From Spirochaetia bacterium (GTDB lineage Bacteria > Spirochaetota > Spirochaetia > SZUA-6 > Bin103), in contig CBDBOV010000004.1 in assembly GCA_965208575.1 (NCBI GenBank), positions 736,001 to 800,000 on the forward strand: a stretch of 64,000 nt of DNA, written 5' to 3'. Positions 9,652 through 19,635 of the stretch are shown piece after piece. Both the position numbers and the translations under genes were made by a program. How positions within the stretch are numbered: position 1 is the first letter of the stretch; every line of letters starts with the position of its first letter. The notes below the pieces were generated by a model. That model ran no database searches. It saw only the letters and a program-made list of their open reading frames with translations, and was not told where the DNA came from.

Positions 9652-10305
9652 GTGACCGTGGCTGCTGCACGCAACACTCTCGATCTACAGGTGGTGGATG
9701 ACCTGCTGACCACCACCCGCGCAGTGCGCCGCCGGCTCGACTACGACCGCCCGGTGGAGCGCACCGTGATCCTGGACTGCATCCGCCAGGCGCAGCAGGC
9801 GCCCACCGGCGGCAACGCCCAGGGTTGGCGCTGGCTCGTGGTGGAGGACGCCGCCACCCGCGCCGCACTGGCCGACATCTACCGGCGCGCCGGAGAGTCG
9901 GCTCTGCGGCGGGGTGTGGCGGACGCGGGCACGCCGCAGACGCGCCGCGTGTACGCCTCGGCCCTGTTCCTGATGGAGCGGCTCGCGCGCGTGCCGGTAC
10001 ACGTCATCCCCTGTATCAGCGGGCGCTGGCCGGAACAGCCGACCAACGCCAACCTCGCCGGCCGCTACGGCTCGATCTTCCCGGCCGTGTGGTCGTTTCA
10101 GCTCGCGTTGCGGGCGCGCGGCCTCGGCTCCGTCCTGACCACCGTGCACCTGGGCGCCGAGCGCGAGGCCGCGGACTTGCTGCGCCTGCCCGACGACGTG
10201 CTCCAGGTGTGCCTGCTGCCGGTCGCCTACACCACCGGCGGCGAGTGGCGCCCCGCCGCGCGCCCCCCAGCCAGGGAGATCGTCCACATCGACCGCTGGC
10301 GGTAG
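9652..10305 (+). CDS. Nitroreductase family protein
   Basis: LLTTTRAVRRRLD, APTGGNAQGWRW and FQLALRARGLGS. Confidence 0.9.
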   Translation: MTVAAARNTLDLQVVDDLLTTTRAVRRRLDYDRPVERTVILDCIRQAQQAPTGGNAQGWRWLVVEDAATRAALADIYRRAGESALRRGVADAGTPQTRRVYASALFLMERLARVPVHVIPCISGRWPEQPTNANLAGRYGSIFPAVWSFQLALRARGLGSVLTTVHLGAEREAADLLRLPDDVLQVCLLPVAYTTGGEWRPAARPPAREIVHIDRWR

Positions 10306-10345
10306 TCCTGCTCCCAGCCCCGGCGACCTGATACACTCAGGCGAC

Positions 10346-11281
10346 ATGGCACAGCGCATCAACCGAGCCATTGAGCTTCTGGCCGGTGGGCAGCCGGTCT
10401 ACTACACCGGCGGCCACACCGGCTCACCCTGGACCGCCGACCGGCGGCCTTCCGCCACCCTGACCGCGCACGACAGCCCGGTCCTGACCCACGAACAGGG
10501 CACCATCGACGCCGCCACCTGGGCCGACTACATCAACGTCGGGTTCGAGCACGGGGCGTACGATCTGGCCGGACTGCAGCGGTACCTGGGCGGCCTGGCA
10601 GACGGCGGCCCTACCCCCAGCGGCCACCGCACGCCGCCGATCATCGTGGAGGCGCCGGTGGGCGGCTACTCGCGCGAGGTGGTGTGGGCCAACCTGTGGC
10701 AGTTTCAGCAGATTCTCGGGCGCGGCGCGCACGGCATCATGCTGTGTCAGGCCACCACCGCCGACGCGGTACGCGCATTCGTGGAGGCGTGCCGCTACCC
10801 GGTCAACCGGCTGGGCGTCGGCGCCGGTCTTGGCGTGGGCATGCGCGGCGTCGGGTCGGAGCGCAGCGCCGCCCACGTCTGGGGCGTGGACCGCGCCACC
10901 TACCTCGCCAAGGCAGACCCGTGGCCGCTGAACCCCGACGGCGAACTCCTGCTCGGGGTCAAGATCGAGTCGCGGGCCGCGATTCCGCACATCGAGGAGA
11001 TCCTGGCCGTGCCGGGCATCGGATACGCCGAGATGGGACCGGGCGACATGAGCCTCTCGCTCGGCTACCGCAGCCTGCCCAACCCCTGGCCGGACGAGAT
11101 GGTAGAACTAGACCGGCGCGTGCAGGCGGCGTGCCGCGAGCACGGCGTGGCCTTCCATTGGACCCACGTGATCGACGACCTCCCCGCCATGATCGACCGT
11201 GGCGGCCAGGTCTTCACCTGCCCAAGCCCGGACTTCGCCGCCGCCGGACGCGCCCACACCAAGCGCACCATGCCGGTCTGA
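10346..11281 (+). CDS. HpcH/HpaI aldolase / citrate lyase family protein
   Basis: EHG, GAHGIM, CRYP, KIES and GPGDMSLSLG motifs. Confidence 0.82.
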   Translation: MAQRINRAIELLAGGQPVYYTGGHTGSPWTADRRPSATLTAHDSPVLTHEQGTIDAATWADYINVGFEHGAYDLAGLQRYLGGLADGGPTPSGHRTPPIIVEAPVGGYSREVVWANLWQFQQILGRGAHGIMLCQATTADAVRAFVEACRYPVNRLGVGAGLGVGMRGVGSERSAAHVWGVDRATYLAKADPWPLNPDGELLLGVKIESRAAIPHIEEILAVPGIGYAEMGPGDMSLSLGYRSLPNPWPDEMVELDRRVQAACREHGVAFHWTHVIDDLPAMIDRGGQVFTCPSPDFAAAGRAHTKRTMPV

Positions 11282-11303
11282 TTGGCAGGGCGAGAGGGCA
11301 CGC

Positions 11304-13061
11304 TCACCGCCGCACGGCGTCGCAGTGCACCAGCTCCCAGCCGTGGAACACCACGATCAGGCCGATGAAGCGCACTCCCGGGAACTGCCGCGCCAGCCGT
11401 TCGTCCGCCAGATACCGCAGGAGCTGCGCCTGCGCCTCCTCGACCGCCGTCGTGACCGCGGCCTGATCCGCCGACTCGGAACGCGCGCGATACTTCAACT
11501 CGATCAGGTAGCCGCGCTGCAGATGCGGGTAGCGGGCGATCAGCGGCTCCAGCGCGATGTCCGCGTGGCCCTTGCCCAACTCCGCCTCCGAGCGGAACAC
11601 GTAATAGTCGGCGACGCTCAGGTACGCCGCCAGAAAGCCCTGTATTACCTTCTCGCCGGCGATGTAGTCGCGGATCCCCGTCTGCCGCGCGATCGCCTCG
11701 CTCAGGAACTCCAGCACCGGCCGCCACTCGCCTTCGGTCGCCAGCCTAAGCATCAACTGCTCGAACCGGAACAGGTCGACCGAAAACACCTCCACGTCGC
11801 GGTAGGCGTCGCGCAGGTAGCCGTACATCAGCCGCTTCACGGTCTGGTTCGGGATCGCCAGCCGCGGCAATACGCCCCGCACGTCACGGATGCTCAGCAG
11901 CCCGAAGTAGTGCATCAGTGACAGGAAGTTCTCCCGCTTGGTGAGGTCCTTCAGCGGAAAGCCGGGCTGGATGCGGGTATCCACCTGTTCCTCGCCGATC
12001 ACGGCGCGCAGCAGGTCGAAGTTGCCGTTGAGCTGCCGGCCGGTCACCAGCAGGTGGCGCAGCTTGCCGTAGTCGATGCGAACGTTGGTGTCGATCAGGT
12101 ACGTCGGCACGCGCCGGTTCGGCATGGAGTGATCCAGGTAGTAGAGCACCATGTCGGAGTTGTACAGATCGGTTTCCGCTTCCTCGGCGAAGCGGTAGCC
12201 ATCGTACCACTGGGCCATGATGCCCATGGCGGTTGCGGGGTCCTGGTTGAACACACCCAGATCCCGGTAGGTCTCCACCAGGCGCCGCACCTCCGCCTCG
12301 GTGAAGCCGACCATCTCGTTGAAGTCCGGGTGCAAGCTGATGTCCTTGCCGATGTTGAAGCCGCTGGTGACGTCGTCCATGGTGATCGGTGACACGCCGG
12401 TGATGAACAGCCGCTCCAGACCGCCGCCGCTGCGGTCCGCGCCGCCCTTCAGGGTGGCGAAGAAGTTGCCGTAGAAGCCGCCGCCGTGAGTGAAGGAGTG
12501 GTACGCATCGGCACCGTGATATGCGAGCACGGTGTTGGCGAAGTTGTCGTATTCGTCGATCAGCACATACAGCGGAATGTCATGGTCGCCCGCGTACTGG
12601 AACAGCTCGGCCAGCTTGCCGACGATCGAGGGCGGTGCCAGGATGTCCCGCACCGCCGCTTCGGGAAACAGGTCGGGATGGCGCCGCAGCCTCCCGCGGA
12701 GCTCTATCGTGCAGTAGGTCTCGAACTCCCGCTCCAGGGTTTCGAGCTTGTCGTTGACCATCGAGAAGTTGAAGCGCAGGGTGACGTAGCGGCTCTGTTC
12801 CCCGGTCGGCTCCCGCCCGATGTCGATGCCGGCGAAGGTGGCGCCGAAGTCGTCCGCCCAGAAGCGGTCGTAGTAGTTCTCCAGCAGCGACACCCACAGC
12901 GACTTGCCGAACCGGCGCGGGCGGATCAGGAAGGCGTAGCGCTCCTCCTCCAGGCGCCGCAGGAAGCGGGTCTTGTCGACGTACAGCCACCCGTTCCGGC
13001 GGATACGCCTGAAGTCGGCCTCGCCGTAGGGAATGCGCGGGTGCGTGGGTGGCGTGCTCAC
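11304..13061 (-). CDS. AAA-ATPase-like protein with C-terminal PD-(D/E)XK nuclease, paralog 1
   Basis: IPYG-ADF, YVDKT, RPRRFGKS, LIDEYD, FITGVSP and C-terminal G-ADI...LIELKY. Confidence 0.9.
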   Translation of the reverse strand: MSTPPTHPRIPYGEADFRRIRRNGWLYVDKTRFLRRLEEERYAFLIRPRRFGKSLWVSLLENYYDRFWADDFGATFAGIDIGREPTGEQSRYVTLRFNFSMVNDKLETLEREFETYCTIELRGRLRRHPDLFPEAAVRDILAPPSIVGKLAELFQYAGDHDIPLYVLIDEYDNFANTVLAYHGADAYHSFTHGGGFYGNFFATLKGGADRSGGGLERLFITGVSPITMDDVTSGFNIGKDISLHPDFNEMVGFTEAEVRRLVETYRDLGVFNQDPATAMGIMAQWYDGYRFAEEAETDLYNSDMVLYYLDHSMPNRRVPTYLIDTNVRIDYGKLRHLLVTGRQLNGNFDLLRAVIGEEQVDTRIQPGFPLKDLTKRENFLSLMHYFGLLSIRDVRGVLPRLAIPNQTVKRLMYGYLRDAYRDVEVFSVDLFRFEQLMLRLATEGEWRPVLEFLSEAIARQTGIRDYIAGEKVIQGFLAAYLSVADYYVFRSEAELGKGHADIALEPLIARYPHLQRGYLIELKYRARSESADQAAVTTAVEEAQAQLLRYLADERLARQFPGVRFIGLIVVFHGWELVHCDAVRR

Positions 13062-13312
13062 TACGTACCGCACTGACTCTATCGTCTCCAAGGCGCGAGG
13101 TGCAATGGATTCGGCACGGTCAGCACGTCAGCACGGTCACTCCGTGACACCGAAGACGAATCGTCGGTGGGTCGAGTTGAGTTCGCGCGCGCTTGACACC
13201 TCCAAACGAGCGTGAAACAATGAAAAATCCAAGAAGGATTGAATGGATGCGGATCATGCGCCATCACGACCGTCTGCCCAGTAACCGGACAGCAGTGACG
13301 CAACCGGTGCAT

Positions 13313-13328
13313 CCCCCCCCCCCCCCCC
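13313..13328. repeat. Poly-C16 homopolymer tract
   Basis: 16 consecutive C; the homologous position next to paralog 2 has C6 (19881-19886). Confidence 0.9.
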
Positions 13329-13836
13329 GCCCCGGCGCGTCAACTCTTTATACGAGAAACCATTAACCGCTCCGACTGATCGCCGCGCAGCCGCGGGATT
13401 CGCCTTCAGCATCCGGGCTGCGGCCGGCTACCTGTGGCGCCGCCTCAGTCCACGTTCGTTCACCGGCCGCAGCAACGGTAGCAACGGTCCCTCATCCCCG
13501 GCCGCTGAACCGTGGCGTCGTATCCTGTCTCACTGCTTGAAATGCGCGCTCCGACGCACTATGCGCGTTTTCCCGGTGCAGCGTCCGGGGCGCGTCTTGT
13601 TGCCGTGGGTTCTCCGCAGCCGGGTTGCTCCCGGCCCACACGACGAGGTGCAAGTAGTACTCAAAGAGCCGCACGCGCGCGCGGCGTGAGCCCGGGTGAA
13701 CCCGGTGAGTCACACGCCGCGCGCGCGCAGGAATTTGACTCTGCTTGGCTGGTCGCTTGCGGTGCGGGCGCGAGAGTAGCCAGGGAGCGGCAAGCCGCTC
13801 CGCAATACTCTCAACAATCAAGATACGGAGATACGT

Positions 13837-15606
13837 ATGAACATTGTAAGAATGACCTTCGCGATTGCGTTGGTCCTCGTCGTTACCGCAACCGGCCTGT
13901 GGACCGCTGGCGCAGAAGAGGAGTCGGCGTCCGCCGCCGAGAAGGAAATGGTGCTCGACCCGACCACAGGCAAGATGGTGACCGCGCCAGAGTACGGCGG
14001 GACAATAACCCTCGCCGCAGTCGAAGAGCAGATGAGTTCTGACACCTTTGAATCTGGCCCCAATGGATCTGGCATGGTCTCTGGCGTAGTAGAGAAGCTG
14101 GCCATCGCGGACTGGGCAACGCCCAGAGACATATTTGACTTCCAGTTTCTCAACGTTCCAGCTAACACGAGAGGTCAACTGGCGGAGAGCTGGTCGCAGC
14201 CTGACCCACTGACCCTCGTCATAAACGTCCGCCAGGGAGTTCACTGGCACGACAAGGCACCGATGAACGGTCGGGAGCTGATTGCCGATGATATCGCAGT
14301 CAACTTTCACCGCGTATTTGGCATGGGCAGCGGATTCACCGAAGCTAGCGAATGGCTTCAAGACTGGGCCGGTGTCGAATTTGAATCGATAACGGCCACC
14401 GACCAATGGACGGTTGAGTTCAAGCTGAAGCAGCTAAGCCTCACTGCACTGCGGCTTGTCCTCGACCACTGGATTTCTTGGATATATCCCCCCGAGGTAC
14501 TCCAGGAACACGGTGACATGCTCGATTGGCGGAACCTGGTCGGCACCGGGCCTTATGAGGCGACTGAATGGGTCGCGGCCAGCTCTGAGACATATACCAA
14601 GAATCCTGACTACTGGGGCTTCGACGAAAAATATCCGGAGAACCGCCTGCCCTATGCCGACGAGATAAGAGTCCTGATTATGCCCGAAGTGGCCACAATG
14701 CTGTCGGCGGTGCGCACCGGTAAGGTCGATCGTGGATACAGATTGTACTCTATCGACCAGGTAGAGAGCCTCCAGAGGACCGACCCCGAACTCGAGATCT
14801 GGCCAATTTACGGTCGGGCGGATTACATGTTCGGCATGGACAACATTAATTCGCCCTTTGACGACATCAGGGTGCGCAAGGCAATGCAGATGGCACTAAA
14901 CCTCGAGGAAATCAACAGCGCCTACTTTGGAGGTCATGCAGATATGACACCTCAGGGTCTGTTGAACCGGTTAATGACCGAGGTTGTCATCCAATTTGAA
15001 GAGTGGCCCGAAGATGTCAAGAAGGTCTTCGACTACGACCCGGAAGGTGCCGAAGCGTTGCTCGATGAGGCCGGATATCCTCGCGGCCCGGACGGCACTA
15101 GATTCACGGTCGAGTTCATGCACCTCAATCGGTATTCTACGAGCTGGCCAGAATTAGTCGGTTCATACTGGAAAAAGATTGGCGTTGATATTGAGATCGA
15201 GGTACTGCCCATAAACCCATGGGTGGCGAGAAGCAGAGCGAAGGATTTCCAGATAAAGAATTTGTCCGGCGCCGCAAAGTGGTTCCCAATGCCATACTTG
15301 AGTGGCCAGCTGACGGAGGCTGGGTTTTACGGCTCCGTTAACGCCGACTCGGATTATGATGCCATGTCTGAAGCCGCCGGAGCCGCTACCACCACCGAGG
15401 AGCAGAACGCGATTTATAGACAGATGAATCAGCATGTGATAGAGAACTTCTATACGATATGGGCTGGCAACGCGCCCACGTATGAGGTAACCCAGCCCTG
15501 GCTCAAAGGTTATAACGGCGAAAGCTGGATGGGCAACGGTCAAAAGATCCCAGTCTTCGCCCGCCTCTGGATTGACCAGGACCTGAAGAAAGAAATGGGC
15601 TATTAG
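13837..15606 (+). CDS. Family-5 (peptide/nickel-type) ABC solute-binding protein, lower GC
   Basis: Signal peptide, PEYGGT, GQLAESW, VGTGPY, KNPDYW, PFDDIRVRKAMQMA and YDPEGAEALLDEAGYP. Confidence 0.93.
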   Translation: MNIVRMTFAIALVLVVTATGLWTAGAEEESASAAEKEMVLDPTTGKMVTAPEYGGTITLAAVEEQMSSDTFESGPNGSGMVSGVVEKLAIADWATPRDIFDFQFLNVPANTRGQLAESWSQPDPLTLVINVRQGVHWHDKAPMNGRELIADDIAVNFHRVFGMGSGFTEASEWLQDWAGVEFESITATDQWTVEFKLKQLSLTALRLVLDHWISWIYPPEVLQEHGDMLDWRNLVGTGPYEATEWVAASSETYTKNPDYWGFDEKYPENRLPYADEIRVLIMPEVATMLSAVRTGKVDRGYRLYSIDQVESLQRTDPELEIWPIYGRADYMFGMDNINSPFDDIRVRKAMQMALNLEEINSAYFGGHADMTPQGLLNRLMTEVVIQFEEWPEDVKKVFDYDPEGAEALLDEAGYPRGPDGTRFTVEFMHLNRYSTSWPELVGSYWKKIGVDIEIEVLPINPWVARSRAKDFQIKNLSGAAKWFPMPYLSGQLTEAGFYGSVNADSDYDAMSEAAGAATTTEEQNAIYRQMNQHVIENFYTIWAGNAPTYEVTQPWLKGYNGESWMGNGQKIPVFARLWIDQDLKKEMGY

Positions 15607-15637
15607 GGGTTCGCCTCTACCGATTTCAGTCAAAGTG

Positions 15638-15684
15638 GAGCTGGGAGGCGCGCGTTTCGCATGCGAGCGCGCTTCCCGGCTCCC
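15638..15684 (+). other. Stem-loop between SBP and permease (mRNA-stabilising or attenuating hairpin)
   Basis: ggagctgggaggcgcgc...gcgcgcttcccggctcc inverted repeat. Confidence 0.55.
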
Positions 15685-15710
15685 GTGCTCATTGAAAACG
15701 AGGTGTCCGC

Positions 15711-16670
15711 ATGAGAGCCTATATCGTTAGGCGGCTGTTGCTGATAATCCCCACCCTGTTTCTATTGACCATCCTGGTCTTTCTCTCGGTCCGCTTCATC
15801 CCCGGCGATGTAATAGACACGATACAAGGTAGGATTGTGTGGACAGCACCGGGCGGAGTTGACCGTGAAGCTCTTCTCCATAAGCTGGGATTGGACGTGC
15901 CGGTGTACGTGCAGTATGGACGCTGGATCGGCGATATTGTCCTGCACGGCTCTCTCGGCGAGTCCCTGCTGACCGGTTACGCAGTAGGGGAGGCGATATT
16001 GGAGAGACTGCCGGTCACCTTCGAGCTTGGTCTGCTGGCAATCCTCATCGGGCTGGTGATCGCGCTGCCGGTGGGCATCTACTCGGCGATTCGCCAGGAT
16101 AGCGCCGCCGACTTTCTGGGGCGTTCGGTCGCCATCATCGGCCTGGCCACGCCGAACTTCTGGCTCGGCATCATGGTCATGATCTACCCGGCCATCTGGT
16201 GGGGCTGGTCACCACCGCTGGAGCTGGTTGCCTTTACCGAAGACCCGCTGGGGAATCTCTGGGGGTTCCTGGTCCCGAGCCTGATTCTGGGAACGGCCGC
16301 GGCTGCCGCCACCATGCGGATGACGCGCACCATGATGCTGGAGGTGCTGCGGCAGGATTTTATCAGGACTGCCTGGTCCAAGGGGCTGAAGGAGCGGGCC
16401 GTGGTGATCCGACACGCCGTCAAGAACGCCCTCATCCCGGTCGTGTCCCTGATCGGCCTGCAGTTGCCGATCCTGGTGGGTGGCGCCGTGATCATGGAGA
16501 ACATCTTCAACCTGCCGGGGCTCGGGCGCCTCCTTCTGAACGCCCTCAACGACCGAGACTACCCGATGGTCTCCGGCATCAACCTGTTCTTCGCCACCGG
16601 GGTGGTGGTGATCAATCTGCTCATCGACGTGCTTTACGCGGTCCTGGACCCCAGGGTCCGCTATGACTGA
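15711..16670 (+). CDS. Opp/Dpp-type ABC permease (B subunit)
   Basis: MRAYIVRRLL, PGD, EAA loop IRTAWSKGL and LDPRVRY. Confidence 0.93.
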   Translation: MRAYIVRRLLLIIPTLFLLTILVFLSVRFIPGDVIDTIQGRIVWTAPGGVDREALLHKLGLDVPVYVQYGRWIGDIVLHGSLGESLLTGYAVGEAILERLPVTFELGLLAILIGLVIALPVGIYSAIRQDSAADFLGRSVAIIGLATPNFWLGIMVMIYPAIWWGWSPPLELVAFTEDPLGNLWGFLVPSLILGTAAAAATMRMTRTMMLEVLRQDFIRTAWSKGLKERAVVIRHAVKNALIPVVSLIGLQLPILVGGAVIMENIFNLPGLGRLLLNALNDRDYPMVSGINLFFATGVVVINLLIDVLYAVLDPRVRYD

Positions 16671-16826
16671 GTTGACACGCAGACTGGTCAAGGAGAAGCC
16701 GTTGAGCATAGTCGTCGGGGTGGTCATCGATGCCAGCGCCAGCTATGACTGAGTTGACACGCAGACTGGTCAAGGAGAAGCCGTTGAGCATAGTCGTCGG
16801 GGTGGTCATCGATGCCAGCGCCAGCT
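16663..16826 (+). repeat. Two exact 82-bp tandem copies of a variant permease-C 5' end
   Basis: ATGs at 16663, 16745 and 16827 with 82-bp period; the first two units are identical and the third is the functional gene start. Confidence 0.92.
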
Positions 16827-17702
16827 ATGACTGAGTTCTTTCGCAGGCTGGTCAAGGAGAAGCCGCTGAGCATCGTCGCCGGGGTGGTCATCCTGCTGTT
16901 GATCCTGGTGGCGATCTTTGCCGATGTGCTGGCGCCTTACCCGCATGATGAAGTCAACATCGTGGATCGAATGCAGGCGCCCTCCAACCGGTACCTGTTG
17001 GGCACCGACCAGTTGGGACGAGACCTGCTGAGCCGCCTCGTGTTCGGGGCCCGGATATCGCTGACCGTCGGTCTGGCGGCGACCACCGTCAACGTCGTGG
17101 TGGCGGTGCTGATCGGCGGCGTCTCGGGGTTCTTCGGCGGTCGACTCGACCTGGCGATGCAGCGCTTCGTCGACGCCTGGATGGCGTTCCCGGGGCTGCT
17201 GCTGTTGCTCACCATCATGTCGCTGGTGGGGCGGGGGTTGCCGCAGATCATCGTGGTGCTGGGGGTAACGGGCGGCATTGGCGGTTCGCGAGTGGTCCGC
17301 GGCGCGGTGATCGGCGTCAAGGAGAATGCCTACTTTCAGGCGGCCGAGGCGATCGGCGGCACCCGGTGGAGAACCCTGATCCACCACGTCCTGCCCAACA
17401 TCGCGGCTCCGGTGATCATCATTTTCACCATCAACGTGGGTGGCGTGATCATCAGCGAGGCTGCGCTGAGCTTTCTTGGATTTGGACTGCCGATCTCGGT
17501 GCCGAGCTGGGGTGGGATGCTGAGCCGGGAAGGGCGCGAGTTCATGGAGGTGGCGCCGCGGCTGGCGCTGTGGCCCGGGCTGTGCCTGACCGTTGTCGTG
17601 TACTGCCTGAACATGTTCGGCGACGCCGTGCGCGACTTGCTCGACCCGCGGCTGCGCGGCGGTGGCGGCCGTCTCGGCGCCGATCGCGCTACGCCGGTGT
17701 AG
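16827..17702 (+). CDS. Opp/Dpp-type ABC permease (C subunit)
   Basis: LLGTDQLGRDLLSRLVFGARISL, HVLPN, SFLGFG-P-SWG and GDAVRDLLDP. Confidence 0.93.
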   Translation: MTEFFRRLVKEKPLSIVAGVVILLLILVAIFADVLAPYPHDEVNIVDRMQAPSNRYLLGTDQLGRDLLSRLVFGARISLTVGLAATTVNVVVAVLIGGVSGFFGGRLDLAMQRFVDAWMAFPGLLLLLTIMSLVGRGLPQIIVVLGVTGGIGGSRVVRGAVIGVKENAYFQAAEAIGGTRWRTLIHHVLPNIAAPVIIIFTINVGGVIISEAALSFLGFGLPISVPSWGGMLSREGREFMEVAPRLALWPGLCLTVVVYCLNMFGDAVRDLLDPRLRGGGGRLGADRATPV

Positions 17703-17877
17703 TGTAGATCAGCCCGCCGATCGGGCGGTCGTGAGGCGGGCAGCCGCGCGCGGTGCGTGAACGAGACGGTGGGGGTTGCGGGGCTCACTCACCGCAGTGT
17801 TCGACGGTCCCGTCTCGCGTTCCTGTGTAGCTCCGTTCGCCCGCCGCGCCGTCGCCGCCGCGCCAACGGCCGTGCGG

Positions 17878-19635
17878 TCAACGCTGCACGGCGTCGCAGT
17901 ACACCAGTTCCCAGCCGTGGAAGACCACGATCAAACCGGTGAAGCGCACGCCGGGAAACTGCCGCGACAACCGCTCGTCCGCCAGGTAGCGCAGCAGTTG
18001 CGCCTGCGCCTCCTCGACCACCGTAGTGACCTCGGCCTGATCCGTCGACTCGGAGCGCGCGCGATACTTGAGTTCGATCAGGTAGCCGCGTTGCAGTTGC
18101 GGGTAGCGGGCGATCAGCGGCTCCAGCGCGATATCCGCATGGCCCTTGCCCAGTTCCGCCTCCGAGCGGAACACGTAGTAGTCGGCCACGCTCAGGAAGG
18201 CCGCCAGAAAGCCCTGTATTACCTTCTCGCCGGCGATGTAGTCGCGGATTCCCGTCTGCCGCGCGATCGCCTCGCCCAGGAACTCCAACACGGGCCGCCA
18301 TTCGCCCTCGGTCGCCATCCGAAGCATCAACTGCTCGAACCGGAACAGGTCGACCGAAAACACCTCCACGTCGCGGTAGGCGTCGCGCAGGTAGCCGTAC
18401 ATCAGCCGCTTCACGGTCTGGTTCGGGATCGCCAGCCGCGGCATCACGCCCTGCACGTCACGGATGCTCAGCAGCCCGAAGTAGTGCATCAGGGACAGGA
18501 AATTCTCCCGCTTGGTGAGGTCCTTGAGCGGAAAGCCGGGCTGGATGCGAGTATCCACCTGCTCCTCGGCGATGACGTCGCGCAACAGGTCGAAGTTGCC
18601 GTTGAGTTGCCGCCCGGTCACCAGCAGGTGGCGCAGCTTGCCGTAGTCGATGCGTACGTTGGTGTCGATCAGGTATTCCGGTACCTCTCGGTTCGGGATC
18701 GAGTTGTCCAAGTAGTAGAGCACCATGTCGGAGTTGTACAGGTCGGTGTCGGCGGTCCTCGCGAATCGGTAGCCGTTGTACCACTCGCCCATTGTGCCCA
18801 TGGCGGTAGCGACCTCCTGGTTGAACACGCCCAGCTCCCGGTAGGTCTCCACCAAGCGCCGCACCTCCTGTATGGTGAAGCCGACCATCTCGTTGAAGTC
18901 CGGGTGCAGGCTGATGTTCTTGCCGATGTTGAAGCCGCTGGTCACGTCGTCCATGGTGATCGGTGACACGCCGGTGATGAACAGCCGCTCCAGGCCGCCG
19001 CCGCTGCGGTCCGCGCCGCCCTTCAGGGTGGCGAAGAAGTTGCGGTAGAAGCCGCCGCCGTGGGTAAAGGAGTGGTACGCCTCCGCGCCGTGGTACGCCA
19101 GCACCGTGTTGGCGAAGTTGTCGTACTCGTCGATCAGCACGTACAGCGGGATCTCATGGTCGCCCGCGTACCGGAACAGCACCCCAAGCTTGGCGCTGAT
19201 GGAGGGCGGCGTGAGGATCCGCTGCAGCACCGCTTCGGGAAACAGGTCGGGATGCCGCTCCAGTGTCCCCTGCAGCTCCGTGTGGCAGTAGGTTTCGAAC
19301 TCCCGCTCCAGCGTTTCCAGCTTGTCGTTGACCATCGAGAAGTTGAAGCGCAGGGTGACGTAGCGGCTCTGTTCCCCGGTCGGACCCTGCCCAATGTCGG
19401 TGTCGGCGAAGGTGGCGTCGAAGTCGTCCGCCCAGAAGCGGTCGTAGTAGTTCTCCAGCAGGGACACCCACAGCGACTTGCCGAACCGGCGCGGACGGAT
19501 CAGGAAGGCGTAGCGCTCCTCCTCCAGGCGCCGCAGGAAGGGGGTCTTGTCGACGTACAGCCACCGGTTCAGGCGGATGCGCCTGAAGTCGGCCTCGCCG
19601 TAGGGAATGCGCGGGTGCGTGGGTGGCGTGTTCAC
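17878..19635 (-). CDS. AAA-ATPase-like protein with PD-(D/E)XK nuclease, paralog 2
   Basis: Same motifs as 11304-13061; roughly 90% identical by eye. Confidence 0.9.
   Translation of the reverse strand: MNTPPTHPRIPYGEADFRRIRLNRWLYVDKTPFLRRLEEERYAFLIRPRRFGKSLWVSLLENYYDRFWADDFDATFADTDIGQGPTGEQSRYVTLRFNFSMVNDKLETLEREFETYCHTELQGTLERHPDLFPEAVLQRILTPPSISAKLGVLFRYAGDHEIPLYVLIDEYDNFANTVLAYHGAEAYHSFTHGGGFYRNFFATLKGGADRSGGGLERLFITGVSPITMDDVTSGFNIGKNISLHPDFNEMVGFTIQEVRRLVETYRELGVFNQEVATAMGTMGEWYNGYRFARTADTDLYNSDMVLYYLDNSIPNREVPEYLIDTNVRIDYGKLRHLLVTGRQLNGNFDLLRDVIAEEQVDTRIQPGFPLKDLTKRENFLSLMHYFGLLSIRDVQGVMPRLAIPNQTVKRLMYGYLRDAYRDVEVFSVDLFRFEQLMLRMATEGEWRPVLEFLGEAIARQTGIRDYIAGEKVIQGFLAAFLSVADYYVFRSEAELGKGHADIALEPLIARYPQLQRGYLIELKYRARSESTDQAEVTTVVEEAQAQLLRYLADERLSRQFPGVRFTGLIVVFHGWELVYCDAVQR

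Noticed and set aside
13600-13730. 14-bp GC hairpin (~13674-13728) beside a minus-strand YYLHLVVW, as an IS200-like remnant
   Set aside because: No HuH or catalytic Tyr motif can be seen; similarity is too weak.
16663-16834. 82-bp repeats as a CRISPR array
   Set aside because: The units are contiguous copies of a gene start with no unique spacers, and there are no cas genes.
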